A program made the position numbers and the translations under genes. Positions 55,001 through 64,000 of a stretch of DNA of 64,000 nucleotides are shown in pieces. This DNA is from Octopus vulgaris (Eukaryota). Numbering within the stretch: the stretch's first letter is position 1; every line of letters begins with the position of its first letter. The stretch covers positions 102,300,001 to 102,364,000 of the forward strand of contig OX597821.1 of the NCBI GenBank assembly GCA_951406725.2, given 5' to 3'. Under the pieces are notes generated by a model. It saw nothing but the letters and a program-made list of their open reading frames with translations. It did not search any database and had not been told where the DNA came from.

Positions 55001-55920
55001 TTTGACGAAACACCATTTAGTTTCCTAAAGCCCTGATTTTTATTTAACCACTCTTTGCTCGATATTTTTACTATCATCTCAATCAAACTACATAGTTTTT
55101 ATTTTAAGACTTCCCCGTAAATTCTTACTTTCAATTTTACATTTAGTCCTGTCAATAAACTCCACTTTCACCTATCGCTCTCACATATTCTAATTCCTTT
55201 TCATTTCTATTCTCTTCATCTACAAGTCATCACTGTTTAACTTCTACACACACAACAAACAATATAACAATCATCAACTAAGGCGGAGAGATGGCAGAAA
55301 CGTTAGCACGCCGGGCGAGATGCTTAGCGGTATTTCGTCTGTCGTTACGTTCTGAGTTCAAATTCCGCCGAGGTCGACTTTGCCTTTCATCCTTTCGGGG
55401 TCGATAAATTAAGTACCAGTTAAGCACTGGGGTCGATATAATCGACTTAATACCTATGTCTGTCCATGTTTGTCCCCTCTGTGTTTAGCCCCTTGTGGGT
55501 AGTAAAAAAATAGGTATTTCGTCTGCCAATACGTTCTGAGTTCAAATTCCGCCGAGGTCGACTTTGCCTTTCATCCTTTCTAGGTCGATTAAATAAGTAC
55601 CAGTTGCGCACTAGGGTCGATATAAGAGACTTAATCCGTTTGTCTGTCCTTGTTTGTTCTCTCTGTGTTTAGCACCTTGTGGGTAGTAAAGAAATAGGTA
55701 TTTCATCGGTCTTTACGTTGTGAGTTCAAATTCCGTCGAGGTCGACTTTGCCTTTCATCTTTTCGGGAGTCGATAAATTAAGTAATGAATTAATTTAAGT
55801 AATTTTTAATACTTCAATTAAGTATTAGTGAAACACTGGGGCCGATATAATTGGCTTACCGCAACCCCAAAATTGTTGGCCTTGTGCCACAATTTCAAAG
55901 TAATCAACAATAATATTTAC

Positions 55921-56002
55921 CTATGGGCTCGGAGAAATCCATATTGGCAGCAGTGTACTGTTGGTGGTTTTCAAACCATCCTATTTCTTCAGATGTAAAC
56001 AT
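55921..56002 (-). CDS. TGIF: Probable first coding exon of the TGIF-like gene (exon 56004-55921)
   Basis: Long pyrimidine tract + ccag| acceptor; AG|gtaaat donor; MFTSEEIGWFENHQQYTAANMDFSEPI ends in phase 1, matching the phase of the 38215 acceptor. Confidence 0.65.
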
Positions 56003-57172
56003 TCCTGGAAGAAAGAAAGAAAAAAAGATATCAAAAGAAGTCAAAACTGAGATGGAAATTCCAAACATTAGGTCATTTAACAAAGAAAGAAAAGTGGGAA
56101 AGGAGTAACGTAGAGGAAACACGAAACGAAAGAGGATTTTAAATAACGGTGTGAGAGAGAGGAGGACATCAGTACAATGTGTATGTGTGTCTTTTCTCTT
56201 GACAGCTTGATTAATTATAAATGACCAGAGAGAGAGAAAATATTGGACGGTCAAAATGCATTGCGGTATTTCGGCTGCCGTTACGTTGTGAGTTCAAATT
56301 CCGCTGAGGTCGACAAATTAAGTACCAGTTACGCACTGGGGTCGATGTAATCGACTTAATACCTATGTCTGTCCTTGTTTGTCCCCTCTATGTTTAGCCC
56401 CTTGTGGGTAATAAAGAAATAGGTATTTAGAATCAACATTAAAAAAAAAAAAAAAATTTTAATCATTCTGAGATGCTTAATAAATATGTACCAATCATGT
56501 TCCGGCGTACTACCGTATTTATTCGTGTATAAGTTGCAGCCCTAATTTAGTGTTGAATCTTTGTACAAAATATTTTCCATTCAGTTTTAGATTGCCCTGT
56601 GCATCGGACACCTCTCAGTTTTTCATAAAAATAAAATCAAGCATAAAAAAGTGCAACTCATGCACAAGTAAATACGGTTTATTAGATTGGTTGTGTCCTT
56701 TCTAGAGAATTTCTGGCCTTATACCAATTCTATACAAATCAATATATCACTGGTGTGTGATTTCTGCCTTATCGCGTGGGTTAGTGGTCAGGGTAGTCGT
56801 TCATGATCGTAAGGTCGTGAGTTCGATTCCCGACGGTGCGTTGTGTTCTTGAGCAAGAGACTTTACTTCACGTTGCTCCGGTCTACGCAGTTAGCAAAAA
56901 TAAGTTATACCTGTAATTCCAAAGGCCAGCCATCTCACATCCTGTATCACGCTGAATCTCCACCAGGACTACGTTAAGAACACGCATGTCAGTAAAGTGC
57001 TCGGCTCCTTAAACGTTAATTTCACGAGCAAGCTGTTCAGTTAATCGGAGCAACTGGGACACTTGTCTTCGTAACCGACGGAGTACCAGTTCCTAGGTGT
57101 ATTTTAACGAAAGTCTGCGACCTACTGCGCATTCTAGCAAAGAATTTCTTCTTAGAACCTACACCTCAAATT

Positions 57173-58015
57173 GGTACTTTTTGGTTATCTCAACCCCATT
57201 AAAAATTGGGTTATCTCCCCTCGGTTTTCAGAAAAATATCGAAACTTTTGGTTATCGCCTTCAACTAAAATATTGTTTAACAGTCAATAAAAAAAAAGAT
57301 GAAAAAATTAATAAACATATAAAAGGAAAAGATGAAACCGTTTTGAATCTGATAATATTTTTTAAAACAAATACAAAACTGAAAAAATTAAACATCTAGG
57401 CGCAGGAGTGGCTGTGTGGTAAGTAGCTTGCTAACCAACCACATGGTTCCGGGTTCAGTCCCACTGCGTGGCATCTTGGGCAAGTGTCTTCTGCTATAGC
57501 CCCGGGCCGACCAATGCCTTGTGAGTGGATTTGGTAGACGGAAACTGAAAGAAGCCTGTCGTATATATGTATATGTATGTGTGTGTGTGTTTGTGTGTGT
57601 GTGTTTGTCCCCCTAGCATTGCTTGACAACCGATGCTAGTGTGTTTACGTCCCCGTCACTTAGCGGTTCGGCAAAAGAGACCGATAGAATAAGTACTGGG
57701 CTTACAAAGAATAAGTCCCGGGGTCGATTTGCTCGACTAAAAGGCGGTGCTCCAGCATGGCCGCAGTCAAATGACTGAAACAAATAAAAGAGTAAAGAGT
57801 AAAAGAGTATCTTACTATCTAATAATATTTTTTATAACAAATCATACAATGTCTATCGAGGAGGCCAAACGCCAACAATGTGTCGAAGTATTGAATCAAA
57901 AGGATCTAAATCTTTTAATCCAATCTCTTGTCGCCTAACTCGATGTTTTAATGGGGAGGTAACCCAATTTTTTAATGGCAATTTTTCAAAGGGGGTGAGA
58001 TAACCAAAAAGTACC
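57173..58015. mobile_element. Merlin-like MITE family 1 with a nested full-length SINE A
   Basis: GGTAC...GTACC termini; perfect 8-bp TSD ctcaaatt (57165-57172, 58016-58023). Confidence 0.8.
57398..57808 (+). mobile_element. Full-length tRNA-derived SINE family A; other copies at ~17380-17780-, 18650-19040-, 19143-19531+, 32100-32490-, 33410-33980-, 38500-38870-, 58930-59312-
   Basis: Head GGCGCAGGAGTGGCTGTGTGG...GGTTCAGTCCC, internal (TA/TG)n, tail (AAAGAGT)n; ATCT duplicated at both ends. Confidence 0.85.
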
Positions 58016-58490
58016 CTCAAATTATGTAATATATATTTCATACTTATCTGTCTCCTCAACCGTTTATTATCATAATTATCATATACCTATTACTATAATC
58101 ATTATATCTAATCTTCCACTTAGTCTGCCTCAGAAGGCCATTTACACAGCAGGCATCAATCATCTTCGCGACACACTTAAAAGCAATATACTTTCTCCTT
58201 TTAACGCACCAATATTTCTGACTAAGCAACCTAGTTTAGACTAATAAAAATAATAAAATAGCGATACATTCCACAAGTCATAACATCAGTACCTAGACTG
58301 ACCTGCCAAACAACATCCGTGCTACTTTACACTACCTGTCAGTCATCTACTCCAACCACCCGAACCCCCTTCACCTACACACCTCCAACTATCCAAAGCA
58401 CCCTTCCTCACAAAACGGTGTTAAACGGAATGGACCCCCAATGCTGGTTGCCGCTGCTGCTGCTTTTAATAAACATCCCAGAACCAACTC

Positions 58491-58765
58491 CATCGGCACC
58501 TGTATTGACATGTAACACGTGTCAGGCTTTTAACGGTCTTAAAGCATTCATCACCACTGTCGTCGTTGATTAGCCTCTCCGCCCTGATTTAGCAAGATGT
58601 ATGATCAGAGACGTTCCAACCGTGACCATCAGCACCTGTATTGACATGTAACACGTGTCAGGCTTTTAACGGTCTTAAAGCATTCATTCACCACTGCCGT
58701 CGTTGATTAGCCTCTCCGCCCTGATTTAGCAAGATGTATGATCAGAGACGTTCCAACCGTGACCA
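58491..58765. repeat. Near-perfect 136-bp tandem duplication
   Basis: Units start at 58491 and 58627 and differ at about 3 positions. Confidence 0.9.
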
Positions 58766-60299
58766 CACCGTTTTTTTTTCTTTTCTAGCAAGCGTAGTGT
58801 ATCTAGGACTACATTATTCAGTGTATGCTCACATTAAGATGTTAGAGTTGGATCTTTTAAAATTCTTTCTAACCACCAGAATTTGCCAAATTTTACTAGA
58901 TTTTTAAAAACGTTTTCTACATTGATACTCTTTCACTCGCTTCAGCCATTTGGCTGCGGCCATGCTGGAGTACCGCCTTTAGTCGAGCAAATCGATCCCA
59001 GGACTTATTCTTTTTAAGTCTAGTACTTATTCTATCGTTCTCTTTTGCCGAACCGCTAAGTTACGGGGGACATAAACACACCAGCATCGGTTGTCAAGTG
59101 ATGTTGGGGAGACAAACACAGACACACACACACATATATATATATACATATATACGACGGGCTTCTTTCAGTTTCCGTCTACCAAATCCACTCACAAGGC
59201 TTTGGTCGGCCCGAGGTTATAGTAGAAGACTCTTGCCCAAGGTGCCACGCAGTGGGACTGAATCCGGAACCATGTGGTTGGTAAGCAAGCTTCTTACTAC
59301 ACAGCCACTCCTGCAAAAACTTTTATTATTAATAATTTCAAGAGTGGGGAGGGGGATGAATGTGATTTTCATCATTTGCAAACAAAACTACAACAGTGTG
59401 TCTGTGTGTGTGTGGGGGAAATGGTGGTTGGAAAGAATTTAAAAGGACACGCATAAAAGATTTGGCTGCTATTTCTAACAGATCAAGTGACTGCATGGAG
59501 GTCAACTACATATCGGTTCCAACTTACATCCTTTGTTCTAACGTTATACCGTACTGAAAGTCACTTGACCACGCCACCCCCCGTTCCACGTTTATAGTTC
59601 ATCATGTATCGACACATTTCAGCCTGAAACAGCTGGTGACTTCAACTACGACATCATCACACAGCTGAACTTTGTCTCAACCCTATAAAAATGTTTCATA
59701 TAATCCCTCAATCAAATAATAGACCACGTGGGAGCAACTTATTCGAGAAGCGCCCACCACCCAAGGTAGTTTTTTTGTTAGGCGTGCCATTCAGATAATC
59801 CCGCGGGCCGCAATTTGCCCATTACTAATCTAGATGTAGTAGGCTCTATAATAACAGTCTGAAGCCATTCCATCAAGATTTAACGAGGGAGTATCTACAC
59901 AATCGCTTGACCAGCTAGAAATAGTAGCCACCCCCTACTATTTGCTTAAAAGAAAGGACACGTTGTATAATGTATTCCTATTTCTTTGCTACCCACAAGG
60001 TGCCAAACACAGAGAGGACAAATAAGAACAGACAAACGGATTAAGTCGATTATATCGACACCAGTGCGCAACTGGTACTTATTTAATCGACCCCGAAAGG
60101 ATGAAAGATAAAGTCGACCCCGGCGGAATTTGAACGTTGTATAATGTATTCCACGATGCTCCAACAGACACAGTCGGAAGCTGGCGTGGTGCTTAGACAA
60201 CAAAAACGATCTTTCAGTGCATGAACCAACGAAACCATCTACATAGTCGCTAAATTGCTAGAAATAGAAGCTTAAATTTCCCGAACCCACAGTCTACAG

Positions 60300-60572
60300 C
60301 AGTGGTTCTCAACCATTGTTTGCCTATGAAACCCTTCTGATTCCTATTTTACTCGGCTGGACTCACCCCGCCCACCCAGATATTCGATGTTAATTTTAAC
60401 AGCAAAATCTTATGCGGGGTCCGCCCTTCGCTGCCCCCCTCGTCTCCCGTCCGCCGCCGCCGGTCGAAATCGTTTCGACCCGCAGCGGCCCGGTGTGCGG
60501 CAGTCGGATCGCAAACCGTTTTTGCTCCGCGAACGTTTCTTCGCGCGTTTCCCTGTCGGTTGAGAACCACTT
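60300..60572. mobile_element. hAT-like MITE with a GC-rich interior
   Basis: TIR cagtggttctcaacc / ggttgagaaccact; no TSD recognised. Confidence 0.55.
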
Positions 60573-63510
60573 CATAATACAATAAAATTATTTCGATTTG
60601 CTCCAAATGACGGTGGTCAGACATTAAAACCAAAAATGCCCTTCGTTTGTTCAAAATTAGTCTTCATTCGTTTAAACTTCTTTATCGTTAAGAGCATCGT
60701 TATTATTGATATGAAGGCTGCAAATTGGTAGAATCGTTAGAGAGTCGGTAAAAGTGCCTTGCGGTATTTGCCCCCAGCTCTTTATGTACTAAGATCAAAT
60801 CCTGCAGAGGTGTATTAGCCTTTCGCGGCCGATAAGACAAAGAACTAATTAAGTACTAGTGTCAATGGCATCCATTAATCTCGTCCCTTCAAAATTGTTG
60901 GCCCTGTGCCTAAATTAGAAACCTTTATTAATGATATCACCAAGACGGAGAGCTAGCAGAAATCAGCAGAGCACTGGATAAAAATACATTGCGGTATTTT
61001 ATGGAACTCATTATGTTCTAAGTTCAAATCCCGCCCGGGGTGGATGAATTAAAATACTATTTAAATTATGGGGACGTAAACAAACCAACACCGGTTGTTA
61101 AGCGGTGGGAAGTGAAACAAACACAGACGCGTACACACATATGCGACGGACTTCCACAGACTTTCCGTCAACCAAATTCACTCACAAGACATTGGTCGGC
61201 CCGGAACTATAGAAGCTACTTGCCCACGGTGTCGCGCGGTGGGATTGAACTTGAAATCACGTGGTTGCAAAGCGAACTTTTTACCCACACAGCCATATCT
61301 GCGTCTATGAAGATACCTTTTTACAAATATATTTTTCTAAAATCTATTTTCTTTCTTTTTTTTTTTTGTTATACTTTAGTTTCCATTTACGATGTAGTTG
61401 TTAAATTTTCTCTTGATATTCTGGCTTGCAATTTAAAATGTGTTATCGTTGTTAAACTACGTATTTTTGAATTAATTCAATATTTCATTCAGTCCAGCAT
61501 TTATTGCTATTCACAAATAATTGTTATATGAATAAATTATCTCTCTAAAACAATTGTTTCATTTAATGACTAATTAAAATTATGCGATGAAGGCGAATGG
61601 GATTAAATATTCTTTTTAAAAAAAATTAAATGCAAATTACAAATGTTTCAGAACGTGGAATACAATAAAATTACGGGGGGAGGGGAGAGAAAAAAGTGGT
61701 GGTTACTGCTCGCAAAGGCACGGTGAGGGTTTGCAGGCAATTAATAAGGCCCCGTTGTTTTGAAACGTAGGATCTAAAAAGACGGAGGGGGGTGGTGGAA
61801 AAAATCTTGACCATGATGGAGAAATTCCGACATATATGGAACACAGGGTCATCTTAAAAAATAAGCACACAGAGCAGTTGCCAGGGGCCTCGTGGGTCTA
61901 GGGGCCCAATTATGATCTATGTATACTGTGGTTAGCTGTCAAAAAAAGAAGAAAAAAACTACTACAGATCTCAGTACATTGATTGTCTCAGAGAACTGTA
62001 ATGCTTCTAAGACAGCTCTGGTGGGTCAGCTATTTAGAAAGTTCGTCAATTATGCAAGCGGGGGTTGTTTGTAAACTACAGCGGCTACTGTTTGTCACAT
62101 TTCAGTATGGAACAACTGCCTTTAAAAGCAATTCTAAACAATGAACAGAATACATACTTAATGCGTATGTACCATTAAAAGCCTTCTAAATTACGGTATT
62201 TATCTTGAGCGAGTTTCTCATGTAGACTTGTAGTGTTAAAAGCACAGAAAAATATCAGGAGCAGGGAAGGTTGCTTAGCAGCGGCGCTGGAATTGATAGA
62301 TCTAGAATTCTGCTTGTTAACTTCACCAGTAGCAAATATCCACGGCACCATCTTCCAAGCAACCTCAGTTGCCAGCTGATAAAGTTAAATAGTGATTGTA
62401 AAGTCACCGATGTTGCATTTATCTGGCAGGTTACAATAAATAAATAAATAATAGTCATTATTGGCAGCAGAAGCAATATTAGTTCAAAATTACGTTGATA
62501 AGACAGACTTGACTCAAAACGAAAACTGCAGTTTAGAAGGTTTTCAATAGTATATACACTTTAAGTAGGTATACAGATTGCCAATTCCGAACTACAGCAC
62601 TTCCGTCGCTAATAATGAACTCTAAATAATATACGCTGATCCATCAAATGTTAGCCCAGTTGTAACCAACCCGTCAACGTTTTCAAAGCGCATTGTGTAT
62701 CTAAGACATTATCCAACATATCCTTTTGTGAAATGAACTCTAAGGAAAAGGTGATTACATTAAATCGTTATTGTTGCTTTCACTTTCACTTTTGTGTTGT
62801 TTTGCAAATGAAGACTTTTTTTTAAAATCCCAAAAGAAAACAAATTTACTCAAAGATCGCCATTAACAAGTTTTTATTGCATGCCAAAATACTCAATCCC
62901 AACCAAATAATAATAATAATAATAATGGTTTCAAATTTTGGCACAAGGCCAGCATATTCGAGGGAGGGGATGAATCGAATACATCAACTCTAGTACTCAA
63001 CTGGTACTTATTTTATCGATTCAAAAAGAATGATAGGTAAAGTCGACCTAAGCGGAATATGAACTCAGAACGTAAAGGCAGACGAAATGCTGCTATATAT
63101 TTTGTTTGGGGGTGCTTCGCCACTTTAATTATAACAATTATTTCTAATTTTGGCACAAAGCCAGAAACTTTGAGGGGTGGGGGCAAGTCGATTACATTAA
63201 CACCATTACTTGACTAGTACTTTATTTTATCGATCCTGAAAGGATGAAAGACAAAGACGACCTCGGCGGGATTTGAACTCAGAACATAAAGAGCCGAAAG
63301 AATTACTGTAAAGCATTTTGTCCGAAGCGTTAACGATTCTGTCAATTAGCCTCAACAGTAATAATAATCTTCACCGGTTGCCAAACAAAATCGTACCAGC
63401 TGCTGATTGATGGAAGTGGAAACAAACTTAATGATCCCCTACAAGTTTAAGTAATTTGCACTTGGTACGGTTTTATGTATATTAGTCAACAAGATCTGAA
63501 CAATTTAGAC

Positions 63511-63793
63511 CAGGGCTGGCAAACCTGCGGACCGCTTGATACCTTCTTGAAGTATTGTTTAATTTCAAAATAAAATTGTGTAAAACATTTGTCTCAAAAT
63601 AAATAAAAAATTCATAAGTGGCAATAAAGCAATAGCCTACAATTTTATAATTTTAAACAAACGAAAAGTCTGAAAAATTCTTGATTCTGTAATTTGATTA
63701 TTTGACTATTAGTGCATAAAGTATACAAGCGCGCCCCACCCCACTTTCTGTGATTAAAGTGGCCCGCAATCTAACTCGAGTTGACTAGGCCTG
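63511..63793. mobile_element. hAT-like MITE
   Basis: CAGG...CCTG termini, gcggaccgc/ggcccgc subterminal motifs, TSD atttagac/atttaaac. Confidence 0.65.
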
Positions 63794-64000
63794 ATTTAAA
63801 CACACTGAGCTCAAGACCTTCAATCATCTCTCATGGTGAGACTAAATATCTGACACTTTCATTATGACATACGCCAGTAGCATACTTATAATGTTATAAG
63901 GTGTGCAAAATGAAAAATTAGGAGTTCCAAAAAATGGTCAGCTATTTAAAACAATACTATTTATAGGAAATTGACATTTTTTTTTTACATATTAAACGTA

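Noticed and set aside
55282-55800. CRISPR-like regular repeats
   Set aside because: Eukaryotic SINE multimers of 184-bp units with no unique spacers.
17512-59442. Recurrent ORFs of the type RRASFSFRLPNPLTRLWSARG...
   Set aside because: Antisense translations of SINE A copies, not a gene family.
62255-62476. Possible minus-strand exon (ccag acceptor near 62430)
   Set aside because: No recognisable protein similarity and no convincing link to a gene model.

Overview
AT-rich, microsatellite- and SINE-dense animal genomic DNA; the repeat landscape suggests an octopus/coleoid cephalopod (inference). Two spliced protein-coding genes converge. On the + strand are the 3' seven coding exons of an NSUN7-like RNA m5C methyltransferase family gene (3544-20143). 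It contains a probable U12-type intron and lacks the catalytic motif VI cysteine. On the - strand is a TALE-class TGIF-like homeobox gene (exons 56002-55921 and 38215-37446, 283 aa if joined). The rest is mobile DNA: a solo LTR inside a degenerate tandem array, a 5'-truncated RTE LINE, a decayed Penelope-like element (RT + GIY-YIG), several tRNA-SINE families, and Merlin-, hAT-, piggyBac- and Tc1/pogo-like MITEs. The most unusual signal is a set of short fold-back elements carrying minimal type-I hammerhead-ribozyme motifs, one of them fused to a tRNA-type Pol III promoter. Coordinates were read by eye and repeat boundaries are approximate.
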